A program made the translations under genes and the position numbers. From IMG/VR virus record IMGVR_UViG_3300020477_000001, positions 1 to 64,000 of that record: DNA of 64,000 bases; one strand, written 5' to 3'. The number at the start of each line of letters is the position of its first letter. Position 1 is the stretch's first letter. The notes below the pieces were generated by a model. The model was not told the origin of the DNA, searched no databases, and saw only the letters and a program-made list of their open reading frames with translations. Positions 30,536-42,200 of this stretch are shown piece by piece. Source of the DNA: a virus.

Positions 30536-32392
30536 ATGGAAAGAGACGTACTATTTCAATACATGACTGGAGTTTCTGTTAATACCGGAAGCTTAGTTGG
30601 CTTTTATTCTTTCAACGAATTTTCTGGCTCGTTTAATCTTAATGAAAAATACGAAAACCCTAAATCTTTAATTGAAGACGGAAAAATAAATTACGATGAT
30701 AAGCATCTAGTTTTACTTGGCTCTGGAAAGTATTTTAACAACATAAGTGGTTCTGGTGATTTCAATAGGGATACTGTTTTAAAGATTGGAAATAAAGTAG
30801 AAACTTCCGGTTGGACAGTTTTCTTAAATTTCGACCACCAAGATTCTTCGGGAAGAAGAGATTTGGGTAAAGTGTTGTTATCTTCAATGGAGAGCCCTGT
30901 TTCTGATTCGGGGTTTCATATAGGTATAAACGGGTCAAACAGGTTGTACGTGGAGTATCCAGATACAAGCTCCAATAAACAAACGTTTACCCTAAATAAA
31001 GAGCTATCAGACAAAAACGTAGTTTCTGTATCCAAGAACTCAAGTTCTTCTGTATTTAATTTAACTTATTACGATACTCCTAACGATAGGATTTACTCAA
31101 AAGACTTCGCGACCTTAAACACCTTCAATGAGGACGGAACTAACTCCACGAACTCAAGCGATTGGTATTTGGGCGATTTTTATCAGCAAGGTCATGGGTA
31201 TACTGGGTTTAGTGGGTATATGGGGGATTTGCTGATATTTGATTCCACGTTGATTAACATTAATAGAAACGACTTCGCTAAATTATTTTTTGCTACTGGC
31301 TATGTTCCAGAACATACGAAAACAGTAACTCTAACAACGCCTCAAGTTACAGGGTCAGAAATCCAAACTATTGTAACAGGAAGTGGAATCACTGGGTACG
31401 AATTGGTTTGCAGTAGCAGTATATCATCAAGGAACGGAGGGACCGTAGAAATATGTAGTAAGTCTGGAGTTAGCGGGGCTCTTACTGGGAAAGTCAACGT
31501 ATATTTAACCGGAAGCGGGGTTAACAGTTATACTTCTGGATACTCTGTTGCTCCAGAGATGTTTTTGGATAGCGGCTTGTTTTATGGCTATAACAGGAAC
31601 ACTATTGTATTTGATGAAAATCTGGATAATTTAGATGTTTACGAAATATATTTCTACAATCAATTTAAAAATAATTTAAATTTAAAACCAAAATTATTTG
31701 CTGGGGGGAGCTATATAGACTTGGGTATCGATTTTAATAACGAAAATCTAAACTTATTCGAAAATGGGGTGTATGCGCGTTCTGGAGAAAATAAATTTAC
31801 TGGGGTTCATGATGGTAATTACTATGTCGCTAATAAAAGAGCTTACGTGACTGGAGATGAGGTTAGCTCTAATACTTACGTTTACGATAAAATTGACGGA
31901 AACATTCTAAGAAGTGGGTACAGTGAAGCTGGCTCCACCTTTATTACTGAGAGAGATGGTAGCGTTCTTGTTGGTGGGCAAGAGGTTTTAGTCGCTAAAG
32001 TAGGGGATACTTTTGATGATTATGATATTTATTTAAATGGGCACAAAATGCTTTCTGGTTCTCAGTATTCTTACGTAAAAGAATCCGCAAACTTATTTGA
32101 TGATGAAAATATATACTTTTTAAAGGATGGATTTTATGGCATGGAAAGTGGAGATATAACATTTGTGCCGAGAGAGTCTAATCTTGCTAGGGAGACAGGG
32201 TTAGGCTCTGTGTTCTCAGAAACAGGAAGTAGAATGGTTTTTTCAGAGCAAGTTTGGAAAAACGGGATTAGGCAGATAGAAACCTTAAATTACTACAAAG
32301 TAAGCAAAAATAGCTTATTAAACACTGGAATAAGGATAGAGAAACAAGATAATTTGTTGTATAATAACAATAATTTGTTTTTCAATCAGTAG
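30536..32392 (+). CDS. Virion protein with N-terminal LamG-like domain
   Basis: LVGFYSFNE, WTVFLNF, FHIGING and WYLGD...FSGYMGDLLIFD; SG/TG-rich. Confidence 0.55.
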   Translation: MERDVLFQYMTGVSVNTGSLVGFYSFNEFSGSFNLNEKYENPKSLIEDGKINYDDKHLVLLGSGKYFNNISGSGDFNRDTVLKIGNKVETSGWTVFLNFDHQDSSGRRDLGKVLLSSMESPVSDSGFHIGINGSNRLYVEYPDTSSNKQTFTLNKELSDKNVVSVSKNSSSSVFNLTYYDTPNDRIYSKDFATLNTFNEDGTNSTNSSDWYLGDFYQQGHGYTGFSGYMGDLLIFDSTLININRNDFAKLFFATGYVPEHTKTVTLTTPQVTGSEIQTIVTGSGITGYELVCSSSISSRNGGTVEICSKSGVSGALTGKVNVYLTGSGVNSYTSGYSVAPEMFLDSGLFYGYNRNTIVFDENLDNLDVYEIYFYNQFKNNLNLKPKLFAGGSYIDLGIDFNNENLNLFENGVYARSGENKFTGVHDGNYYVANKRAYVTGDEVSSNTYVYDKIDGNILRSGYSEAGSTFITERDGSVLVGGQEVLVAKVGDTFDDYDIYLNGHKMLSGSQYSYVKESANLFDDENIYFLKDGFYGMESGDITFVPRESNLARETGLGSVFSETGSRMVFSEQVWKNGIRQIETLNYYKVSKNSLLNTGIRIEKQDNLLYNNNNLFFNQ

Positions 32393-32406
32393 GCAAAAGT
32401 TAAAAA

Positions 32407-35220
32407 ATGGCATTTCAAAGAATTAATGAAATTGTTATTGGAGCGAACCCACCGGGTACGATCTTCAATGGGTTTATTTACTCGTTTGATGTAAAAATGG
32501 GTAGTTCTTCTGCGCCGACTGAAATAAATGTCAGCGTGATTAATCAAGATGGAGTTTATACTGTCACGAAGCCTCAAGGCAGATCAAGCTTCGGTAGTTT
32601 AAGCTGTACAAATCCCATTGACATTCAAATCGTGGACGCTGGTGGTAGTCCAGTGCGAATGTTTAATGATTTCTCTCTTGTTAATTTTAATATTTCGACA
32701 TCAGTTGGTCAAAAAACTTTACAACTTAAGTTTGTAGATAGGTCTATAATTTTAGATAAAATACAAGTGGCTTTGCTAGGTGAAAATGTAAGTAAATTTA
32801 GTTTAGCTCCTTGGCAGATAAGCGCCGCTGATTTAGTCACTTCTGAAATGCAAGGAGTTGACACGATGGGGCATTACGACGAAAACAGTCCCAATCCTTA
32901 CCCTGTTCTATACGGTAAAGCCGCCGAGGATAAAAAATTAGAAGCAAAAATACTCTATAAATGCCCATCTTGCGATCTTACTAAAAAAGAACCAGAGCCA
33001 ATTGCGCCTATAACCAGAAAGTATATTTCTGAAAGAGGTTTTATTACTAACATAGACCCGCTACTTGGGGGTTTTTTAGCAATCGGAACAGAAGAGTATG
33101 CTTCTTCTGATTGTCAACTTAAAAATGTAAGCTACAACTGGAATGAATTGACTTACGCTTTAAAGAGGGCTGGAATAAACGTCGAAGGGATTATAGACAA
33201 GTCTTTGTTTAACCAGAAGATGAGGGGAGAAGATTTAATCCCATATAGACAAAAACATGTAGGTACTTTGAGGGAAGTTCTAAACTCTTGGTGTTCTGAC
33301 TTTGGTTATACTTGGGTTTGGGATCAGATTTTTACAAATCGCGTTGTAGGGATCGACTTAAGTCAGCCAGTAGTTCACCTGCAAGAGATTACAAATTTAG
33401 CTAACGCAATAGGGGAGGGTTCTAAGCTCGCTTTAGAATCAATTAACGAAAACTATTCGATAGAAAATACTCACGCTCAATATCATACTTCAACTTTTAG
33501 AAGGCCAGCTAGGACAAAACAAATAACAACAAAAGTTTACGAAAGAAGGTCTTTTTCTAATGTCAGAATAGAAGAGCTTATACCTTGTTCGCTTTATGGC
33601 CCAAGGAATATAGATGAATTTATTACTTCTTGCGTTTTAGCTAAGTTTAGTAAGGAGGCGCGTACTCTTTATAACTGGATGCTCTGTAGGCACTGTGAAA
33701 ACTTAGAAACTCTAGGAATATCTCTTAAATATAAATTAACTACAGATGAAAAAGAAAAACTAGTAAATCTATCTTACAGTAATAAAGAAGCCTTTGACAA
33801 AAGTGAAAAATATGGACCAAACGCAGACGTGTGGATAGGAACCTACAGTCAAGAGCTAGAAAATAAATGGGTGGATTATGAAAACTTAGTTGCTGAGTTT
33901 TTGGGTAGATGGTACAAAATTGAACAAGTACCAGAAGACAATTTTCAGTGCGGAAAGCCTCAGTTTTCTAAAACTTTCGAATTAACCACTTCCCCAAGCT
34001 CTGAGCAATATGATGACCCCGTTGATCCTAACACGGGCCAAGTATTGTCAGATGATTTTCCATTTAGTGATTTACTTACGCATCCTAGCGGAGCAAAAAT
34101 AAAAGCTAACTTTCCAATTAGATTGTTTTCTAGGAATCCGGTCTACGGAACCAAAGAAGAGGATATAGAGGATATCTTTAAGGACACTGATGGAGCAAGC
34201 GTCTTACAGGATCATATACCTCAAATCGAGTTTATCGAAGGAGCTACAAGAGCAAATCTTTACGATGTTTTGGCTAAAACTTTCCCAGATACTATTGGCG
34301 AATCTTTAGATAAAATGAAAGATAAAGAAAGACCTGCTTTAATCTTTGCTCCAGAAGTCGCAGTTTTAGAAAAACACATCAAGGTAGGCAAGCTTGAATA
34401 TGGTGCTATTAATTTAAAAGAAAGAATGGCTCAAGATAAGAAAGAGTCAGAAGATGACAAAGATTGTGACTTGATGTGTGATGAAGACCCAATAATTGAT
34501 TTATGCGATGATTTGTGTAAGGAAAAATATCCAGAGTACGCATTTGGTAAATACACAAAAGAGCCACCTCCGCAAAAAGATGTAAGGCTATCAAGTGTTA
34601 AGAGTTGGAGCTTCGATATAACCACTAATGAAAACGCATTAGATACTGGCACTAAAAAGATAATTCTCCCATCATTAAATGACCACTACGGGTATTTAAC
34701 TTATTCTAGCGAAATTAGACAAACTATAGCTAGCCTAAAGCAAACTTTTGGTTCCCTTGGGAACGCGGGGCAAACGATGGGTCTACAGTTAAACGCGGTA
34801 GACATTACTTCTGACATAGAGGGTTTAAGTGACACTACGTCGGAGGGGGAAATTTCTCCACCAATGATAATCGTTCCTAAGTTTGATGAAAATAATTCTG
34901 CCGCCCAAATAGCTGGACTATCCCAAGCTTTAATGGCAAATGATTATCATGAAAAAACAAAACTTGAAACTTTCAACGACCTAGCTGAAGAAACAGTAGA
35001 TTTAACTTTTTCTGGTGATATTAGAGAATTTATTAAAATATTTGGCCCGTATCTTTCAGCGCAGACTGGATTAACCACATTATCCGTTTCGGTGAAAGAC
35101 GATGGCCAAACCATAAGCGCTGCTTTTTCGACAAAACCAGCAAATTTGCCAAAGCATGACATCATGGTTCAAAAAATGTCTAGCAACATAAATGTCAATA
35201 CTTTTGGAAGAACATTCTAA
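32407..35220 (+). CDS. Putative baseplate hub/tail-tip protein
   Basis: LQLKFVDRSIILDK and GTLREVLNSWCSDFGYTWVWD resemble hub-protein motifs; position downstream of the TMP. Confidence 0.5.
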   Translation: MAFQRINEIVIGANPPGTIFNGFIYSFDVKMGSSSAPTEINVSVINQDGVYTVTKPQGRSSFGSLSCTNPIDIQIVDAGGSPVRMFNDFSLVNFNISTSVGQKTLQLKFVDRSIILDKIQVALLGENVSKFSLAPWQISAADLVTSEMQGVDTMGHYDENSPNPYPVLYGKAAEDKKLEAKILYKCPSCDLTKKEPEPIAPITRKYISERGFITNIDPLLGGFLAIGTEEYASSDCQLKNVSYNWNELTYALKRAGINVEGIIDKSLFNQKMRGEDLIPYRQKHVGTLREVLNSWCSDFGYTWVWDQIFTNRVVGIDLSQPVVHLQEITNLANAIGEGSKLALESINENYSIENTHAQYHTSTFRRPARTKQITTKVYERRSFSNVRIEELIPCSLYGPRNIDEFITSCVLAKFSKEARTLYNWMLCRHCENLETLGISLKYKLTTDEKEKLVNLSYSNKEAFDKSEKYGPNADVWIGTYSQELENKWVDYENLVAEFLGRWYKIEQVPEDNFQCGKPQFSKTFELTTSPSSEQYDDPVDPNTGQVLSDDFPFSDLLTHPSGAKIKANFPIRLFSRNPVYGTKEEDIEDIFKDTDGASVLQDHIPQIEFIEGATRANLYDVLAKTFPDTIGESLDKMKDKERPALIFAPEVAVLEKHIKVGKLEYGAINLKERMAQDKKESEDDKDCDLMCDEDPIIDLCDDLCKEKYPEYAFGKYTKEPPPQKDVRLSSVKSWSFDITTNENALDTGTKKIILPSLNDHYGYLTYSSEIRQTIASLKQTFGSLGNAGQTMGLQLNAVDITSDIEGLSDTTSEGEISPPMIIVPKFDENNSAAQIAGLSQALMANDYHEKTKLETFNDLAEETVDLTFSGDIREFIKIFGPYLSAQTGLTTLSVSVKDDGQTISAAFSTKPANLPKHDIMVQKMSSNINVNTFGRTF

Positions 35221-37001
35221 TGAATTACTATAGCGGAATAAATACTAGAAGCGTTGCAGAAACTGAGAAGTTGACTTTCAACTTCAATATGTTTTGTAAT
35301 TCTACTTCTGGTGTTGCTGCTATAGGTTTTTCTGGGGAAGATAAGAGCGCTGCTTTTAATCTGACGAGCGGAAAACTTTTTGATCCAGATGGGAATTATT
35401 CTTTTTCTTATTCTGATGATTTCAATTTTCAGTTGTCGGGGCAGGTCTCTGGGCAGAAATATGATTACTATATAAATGGCGAGCCTATATCGTTCGTAGG
35501 TACAAAAGACGACTTCAAGATACAAAGGTTTTTTGTAAACACTACGGGTTGTTCTGTTACAGCAGATTTAAATCTTTACGCTCCTTATTATAAACACAAG
35601 TTTACTTTCCCGACTAAGGTTAATTTAGGAGGTTCGATAACTGGTAAGCTGGAAGGGTTGGACTTAGATAGGAAATTTCAGTTATACTCTGGTCAAGTCA
35701 TAACACCCACGGGCGTTACTTTAAGCGGTTTTACGGAGGGGATGGTTAACTCTTCTGATATAACTTTTAATGTTCCGCAGGGAGCATTACAGTTCCAGAA
35801 TTATGATGTCACTTGTGATTTTTACACTAACTTCGGTGACTTGAAGCATAAATTCGAAGTTAAGATAGTTCCAGAGTACGAAGTGGGAAGTACAATATCG
35901 GTAGCTAATATCTATCGATCAGACAATTTACTGACTGGCGGAGTTAGTCCATTCAACCCCAAGTTAAGTAGTTACGCATATTGGGGCACTGGTGCTCTAA
36001 CGGGTCAAAAAACAACAGTAGAAGGAAAGTCTAGCACAGAAACCGGAATCTGGAATGTATTATATGATACTTTTAACGCTGAGAACTTGACTGTTGTTGA
36101 AAGACCAAGAGAAATAGACATAAAGCTTAATTACGTTACTGGAAACACTGGTACTTATTATATAATAACGGGCTTTAATGTAGTTAGCGGAGGTACTGGG
36201 TATGTTAATCCAGTTACTGTGACTATTGATCAAGCCTCTGGCGCACACACTAGTATAACTGGTAGGGCTTTTGCAGATGTGCGTTATCAAATAACTGGAA
36301 TTGATTTAATAACTAGTGGTAGCGGGTATAGCGGGGTTCCAGATGTCACTTTTTCTGGAAATTATGGAATTACTGGTTCTCATGCTGTAGCTTTAACTGG
36401 GGGGAGTGGGGTTGTTACGGGACTTAGCCTAGTGTCTGGCGGTTCTGGATATAATTATCCTCCAACAATACACTTCTCTAACTTGGGAACTGGATTAGGC
36501 GCTTTTACTGCTTCTGGGCGAGCATATGTTGGTAGTGGTTATTTGCATGATTGCGAAGTTATGGAAAGAGGCGCTTATTTAGATACTCAACCAACTGTAA
36601 GCATTAGCGGCGTGAGTGGAAGTGGTGCTTATGTGGTTCCGTTGCTGTCTGGCTACGAAAAAAGCCTTACTACATTCTTTGATCTACAAACGGGCTTACT
36701 AACAGGAAATGGAAAAATACTTTCTGAAAATATAGTCAGCTATACTAGCGGTTCTTTTACCAGCGGTAATACCAGTTTTAATAATAACGAAAAAACTTTC
36801 GTGCCTTTCGGTAAAAATCCAGTGATAAGAATAGTTAAAAATAATTTTGAAGATGTAGACTATATGGTTGGACAGGTAATTATATCTGGTGAATTAGAAT
36901 CTTATAATTATTATAATGTAACTGGTTATCGGATAGAAGCAAAGACCAGCGCAACTACTGCGGCTTTTAACATAACTGGTAACAGCGGAGGAGGCTACTA
37001 G
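35220..37001 (+). CDS. SG/TG-rich baseplate/fibre-associated protein
   Basis: Repeats of the [IV]TG.....GG.GY...P.V..SG type, as seen in phage baseplate and fibre proteins. Confidence 0.55.
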   Translation: MNYYSGINTRSVAETEKLTFNFNMFCNSTSGVAAIGFSGEDKSAAFNLTSGKLFDPDGNYSFSYSDDFNFQLSGQVSGQKYDYYINGEPISFVGTKDDFKIQRFFVNTTGCSVTADLNLYAPYYKHKFTFPTKVNLGGSITGKLEGLDLDRKFQLYSGQVITPTGVTLSGFTEGMVNSSDITFNVPQGALQFQNYDVTCDFYTNFGDLKHKFEVKIVPEYEVGSTISVANIYRSDNLLTGGVSPFNPKLSSYAYWGTGALTGQKTTVEGKSSTETGIWNVLYDTFNAENLTVVERPREIDIKLNYVTGNTGTYYIITGFNVVSGGTGYVNPVTVTIDQASGAHTSITGRAFADVRYQITGIDLITSGSGYSGVPDVTFSGNYGITGSHAVALTGGSGVVTGLSLVSGGSGYNYPPTIHFSNLGTGLGAFTASGRAYVGSGYLHDCEVMERGAYLDTQPTVSISGVSGSGAYVVPLLSGYEKSLTTFFDLQTGLLTGNGKILSENIVSYTSGSFTSGNTSFNNNEKTFVPFGKNPVIRIVKNNFEDVDYMVGQVIISGELESYNYYNVTGYRIEAKTSATTAAFNITGNSGGGY

Positions 37002-37002
37002 T

Positions 37003-39273
37003 ATGCCATTTAATCAATCAAGTACTTTAGGAAGAGAAAACACGTCAAAGATGACGATCTGCAAAATTTTTGGAGATTATCTTTTGTGTGGTTTTGACGG
37101 ATTGTCTGAAGATACCGATAAAGACCCGCCTACCATTGAAGGTAGTTGCGGTTGCGATAAGAAGAAAGACCCTTATAATAAAAATTTTAAAGATTGGATA
37201 ACCCACCTCACCGGAAGAGAGCCAGACTCTAAAATTTTTAAATACAGAAAAAAACTAGAAGAACAGGTCTCTGCGGCAACCGGAAGTAGCACTACTCCTC
37301 AGTCTAGTAACGGCTCAAGCTCTTCTGCTTCTTCTGGTGGTTCTGAAAATCAAGAACCCAATGATAATTCTAGCTCCGGTAGCGACTCTACTGTAAGCGG
37401 AGGGTTAATTTATGATTCTGTTTTAAAAAGCATAGTGGTGGATGTCTATTCACAAAAAGCTGATTCGTTTGGGAAATGCGTTGACTACGAAAAAGTACAA
37501 TGTGGCTATAGGAAACTTTCTGGCTCGAAAGGGGGGGGATGTGGAGAAGAAGAAGAGTTTGGAGTATTTACTTGGGACTCTCAGAAGTGGCAATACTCAA
37601 GAGAAGGATCGCCGCTAGTTATTAAGGCTGTAGTTGCCGACGCTAGTCAGTGGGGCGTTGGCGACGGTTATAAATGCGTAGATTTTATTCCCGTAATAGA
37701 TAAAAACTGGAAACCGCAAGGAGCTTCAGTTGGCAACTATAGATTCGACCCAATAAGAACTACCTGTATACCAGAAATCACAGTAGGAAGGGAAGACCTT
37801 GGTCTTGTTGTCCAGCCTTGCGACATATTGCCAGAATTAAATTGCTATAAAATGACTGCGGATGACACTGGTTGGGGAGATAGAAGGACTGTTGCGGGAT
37901 CGTGGGAAGACCTTGCAAATAACATTAATGGCTTTGGTGATCCAGAATACCCAATACAAATTCAGTGGAAAAGGGCTCATAAGGGAAATAACAATAAAAC
38001 AGTTTCTGGCCCAATTACTAAAGACTACGGACCTCTGGGTCAGCCAAGACCACCTTGCGTCGATGAAGGAGAGACCGTAAAGAAAGAAGGCTGTGACGAT
38101 TGTTACTCTTTCGTGTCAATAGGAGACAATAAAACTGGTTACTCTGAGTCTAGCCCAGCGCCAGCGCTTACCGTAATGCATATAGACAAAGATGATGTTG
38201 GTAAGTCTGCTGATGTTTTACATTTCGTATCTCCAATACCTTGCTCGCAAGACGCTTGCCTAACTGGTTACGTTAATATCGAATTTAATGTAGAATTAAA
38301 AGGAGAATTTGGAGCAGTATCGGCCAAAAATTTTAAAGCTCAAATTTCTAATAATGAATGCGTTGGGGGTAGGAGGACTTTTGAAATTGATTTAGGAGAA
38401 AACTCTTTAAAAGAAAACGAATCTATACCAGATGATTTTACAATTAAAATATGCAAGCAAAAGAAACAAAAAACAACGCCTTGCCCAAGCGACTGTCAAG
38501 ATTTTGGAGTCGATATTGCAATAGACGCATCTGTTCAAACTAATTCTGCTGGGAGAAAATTTCTATTAATAGAAGCACCGGGAGGAGTTTTAAACGGCGG
38601 TGAAGATTGTTGGGCGGAGGGAAAAACATTTAACTTGACCGTGGAGAAATCGGGGACTTTTGGGGAAAAACAAACCACATCTTTAACAATTGAAGAGCAA
38701 ACAATTAAAGGTGATTGTTCGACGGCTTGTACTGTTACTATTAAAACCTCCGTTCTTCCAGAGACTCCCGCTTGGGACCATGAGGTTGACTGGTTTAGCA
38801 CAATTGAATTTTGTCCAACTGAAATTACAGAACCTCCTACTGAAGGTGGGGGAGAATTTTGCGACGGAGAAAAGAAGAAGCTTTTTTATGTAGGTAAACC
38901 GCATGATTTCCAAGTTACTCCTTGGAACGGCAAACCTTCTAGGAATAACGAAGTTTCGAAGTACGTATACGAGGGCAGTGAAGGTGACGGGTCAAATAAG
39001 AGAACTGCTACATACGCTGATGAAACATACAGATGCACAAGAGGTGACCATAAAGAAGAAATGGTTCCGCCGTACAAAGTTGGAGACATAATACAGGTAA
39101 GGAAATTAGTCGGAAATTCCGATGATGAAGAGTCCTCTCATATGCCCCAATCGGGCGAAGAAGATGGAGATGGCGAGCCAAAAGTCATGGCTAGATTTCT
39201 TGTAGATGATACCCAGAGGAAGTGGACTGATGACTGCGCTGCTGACGCTGGCCAAGGAAGCATCTGGGTCTAA
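37003..39273 (+). CDS. Cysteine-rich putative virion protein
   Basis: 756 aa with many scattered Cys and a Ser-rich linker, within the tail-tip cluster. Confidence 0.55.
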   Translation: MPFNQSSTLGRENTSKMTICKIFGDYLLCGFDGLSEDTDKDPPTIEGSCGCDKKKDPYNKNFKDWITHLTGREPDSKIFKYRKKLEEQVSAATGSSTTPQSSNGSSSSASSGGSENQEPNDNSSSGSDSTVSGGLIYDSVLKSIVVDVYSQKADSFGKCVDYEKVQCGYRKLSGSKGGGCGEEEEFGVFTWDSQKWQYSREGSPLVIKAVVADASQWGVGDGYKCVDFIPVIDKNWKPQGASVGNYRFDPIRTTCIPEITVGREDLGLVVQPCDILPELNCYKMTADDTGWGDRRTVAGSWEDLANNINGFGDPEYPIQIQWKRAHKGNNNKTVSGPITKDYGPLGQPRPPCVDEGETVKKEGCDDCYSFVSIGDNKTGYSESSPAPALTVMHIDKDDVGKSADVLHFVSPIPCSQDACLTGYVNIEFNVELKGEFGAVSAKNFKAQISNNECVGGRRTFEIDLGENSLKENESIPDDFTIKICKQKKQKTTPCPSDCQDFGVDIAIDASVQTNSAGRKFLLIEAPGGVLNGGEDCWAEGKTFNLTVEKSGTFGEKQTTSLTIEEQTIKGDCSTACTVTIKTSVLPETPAWDHEVDWFSTIEFCPTEITEPPTEGGGEFCDGEKKKLFYVGKPHDFQVTPWNGKPSRNNEVSKYVYEGSEGDGSNKRTATYADETYRCTRGDHKEEMVPPYKVGDIIQVRKLVGNSDDEESSHMPQSGEEDGDGEPKVMARFLVDDTQRKWTDDCAADAGQGSIWV

Positions 39274-39275
39274 AA

Positions 39276-42200
39276 ATGATATACCAAGACATCAAAAACG
39301 CTAAGTTTGTCCCATATGTAAAAACTGGGGACATAGCTAACGCAGAAACTTGGAATACTTTGTATTCTGAGATGGACATGCGTGTAAATTCCGCTACAAA
39401 CGGTAGGTCAATTTTATTTTTAAATACTCCTATTCAGTATATGGTGGAAGGCTCTAGTGCAGTCATGGCTCCTTATTGGATGAACGCTAATGATCCTACG
39501 TTAAGTCAAAAAATATCAGATAACATGGATGATGTCGCTGGTTTAATAGGCGACAGGCAATTTTATTTTATTAGCGGCGCTGTTACTGGTGATGATGGCA
39601 ATTATCCTCACTCTGAGCCTAAGTGTAAAAGGTGTTCGGATGGGATGTGGGAAACTCTTGGGTTCGAAAATGAGGCGAGTTGCCAGTTGGGTTATTGCAA
39701 CTACTCTTTAACTGATAAGGCTGGGTGGTATTGGAAACTGTGGGGTGGATTGTTTCTAGGCGACGAAACAAATGTACATCATAATTACAAGCATGAATAC
39801 TTTGAGGATATACAAAATAGCTCTTTTTTGATTGATGTTAATCACGAAAAAAATACTGCGTTAATAATAGAAGCTAACGGAAAGTATAGTAGAAATCGAG
39901 GCAGAGAGACTCCTATGTGGGAGGGAGTCATAAACAGAGACACGGCTTTTGATCAACGAGGAGAGGGTTTTACGAGGTTTAATGCGGGGTTACTCGAATA
40001 TAATGCGGCAGCAGATTGCCCTCAACATCCTTTTTTGTATTGTCAAAACTTAGACAATTCCTTGGGGGTGCATAAATTAACTAACGATCATCCCGATGAG
40101 TATATATCAATCAATTGTGTTGCTACAGGGATAGGCAGTGGTCTTTCTGGTATAAGTCCAGCTACTGGTAATTTCGATTCCGGTAACAGCAATAACTCTA
40201 CTTTTTACGTTTCTGGTAGCGGAGTCTGCCCTACTTGTGATAACGGTAAATGGTTAACGGATACTAGTCCTCCTTTTGGGGCTTTTTATACTGAGAGTGA
40301 GTGTAGGGTTTATTATGGCTGTACTGGGCATTCTTTCCTTGAGCCATTAGAGAGAATCTTTCAAGAAGTTTGCCCAAGTGGGGTTAGCGGCGTTGAAGAT
40401 TTGAAATTAAACGAAAAACTTTTAATTTCTTATGGCACTTGGTCTTACACTAGTCAGTTAGGTTGGGAAAAAGACGAATTATACTATAAAGACTCAGAAC
40501 CGCCCGCTAAAATTAACACTAGCGATGAATACGATATAACGCACGGTACGTTACATATAGAGAATACTACTTCTCAAGCTGAGATATTCATAGATGGCTC
40601 AAAGAGTGAATACGAAAAGTTTAAATTTAAGAAAGAATGGAATAAGTATAAGTTCTTTAGGGTTCATAACTTAAATTATTATGATATTGAATTCGAATTT
40701 GAACCAGAAGAGTTAGGCGATGGGGGTGATTTGAGTAACGCCGAATCCCTTGGTGATGGACAGTTTACTTTGAATGATAAAATTTATGCAGTTTCTGAAT
40801 GTGGTGCTGGTGGTGGATTTAAATTTAATTTAAAAGCTGGAGAATCAAGGTGTGTTAGAAGGGACTTCGGGGTTTATACTTTAGGGTATAATCATTTCCA
40901 AAAATTTAAACAAGGGGACGCAAAATATAGCTTTTCGCTAGGTTTAATGGGTAGTACCACTCAAGCATACCCAACATACAGCGATCCTTATGTAAAAAGT
41001 GAAGAATCTAACTGGAGAGATTTTACAAATAATGTCAATAATCCCTTTTTGCTCAGAAAGTATCACCAAACTCTTTTAGATAATGGGTATATAACTCTAG
41101 ACAAAACTTGGCCTAGGAACTGGGATGCATATTACACTAATGTAGAAACAAAAAATGAAGCGCCAGCAGAGATATCCCCAATTCATACTGGGGTTTTACC
41201 TTGGAGTAGGTTGGCGCAACCTAGAGAATATAGCTTTAAGGACTTTAACCCTTATGATCCAGAAACCTTAATAGCTGATTTAATTTATACAACTGGACAT
41301 GTTCTTAGAAGCTATGTCGTAAGAAGTGGCGAAGTAGATCAAAATCCTTGGGCGGGCACTACCGCTGCTTGGGCTGATCCTCAGCTTTTTGAAATCGGTC
41401 CATCAACGGATCAAATTAAATATGTATTTGATTTAAGTCTAATACCTTACTCTGGGGCAAGGTATTTCGAGGAATTTTTGTATAACTTAGGCGTTAATTT
41501 GGCTCCAGCGCAGCCTTGGGATGACTCTGTCCTTGGTTACGAAAAGTTCAGAACCCCTAGAAGCGAATACGGAGGTATTCCAATGATGGCTTGGGGTTGG
41601 AGTGGCATGTGGGCTGGGCCTCATAGGATGCTTGCTGGGGAAGGGTTGTATTACGAAGGGTTTAGAATGGGATTATTCTGTGTAGCAGCAAGCCCCGGCG
41701 CTGACATTGGTTTAGATCATGTAATGGATGAAAGACAAAAGTCTAAAGGCGTTAATCCTGTAAAGAAAGAATACGAGTATATGAACGCCGTTAGGGGTGG
41801 GGGAGCAATTCTTCCAAACACCTACGGTTGGAAGCTTGGGTACGACGGTACATGGGAGAGGTTTATCAAAGACGTAAACTACGAAGGTAACTTAAAGCAT
41901 TCAACAAGAGTGGATGGAACAGAAGACTTTGTGGTTCTTCATGGAGAAAGAGATAAAAATCCAGATAATATAACTGCTATATCTGGCATAAGAAAAGAAC
42001 TTTTCGCAAATTGGTTTACGCCAACTGACCCAGCTTCGATAGAAGAAGGCGCGGGATTTAGCGGCAAGTGGCCAACTACAGGAGAGCCTACAGGCATTGC
42101 TGGCTCTTGGTATTCTTTTAATTCCTCATCAACGAATGATCCACCCGATCCTTTCGCTTATCAGATTCAAGTTCATCCAGTATCTACAAATATTTTAGGA

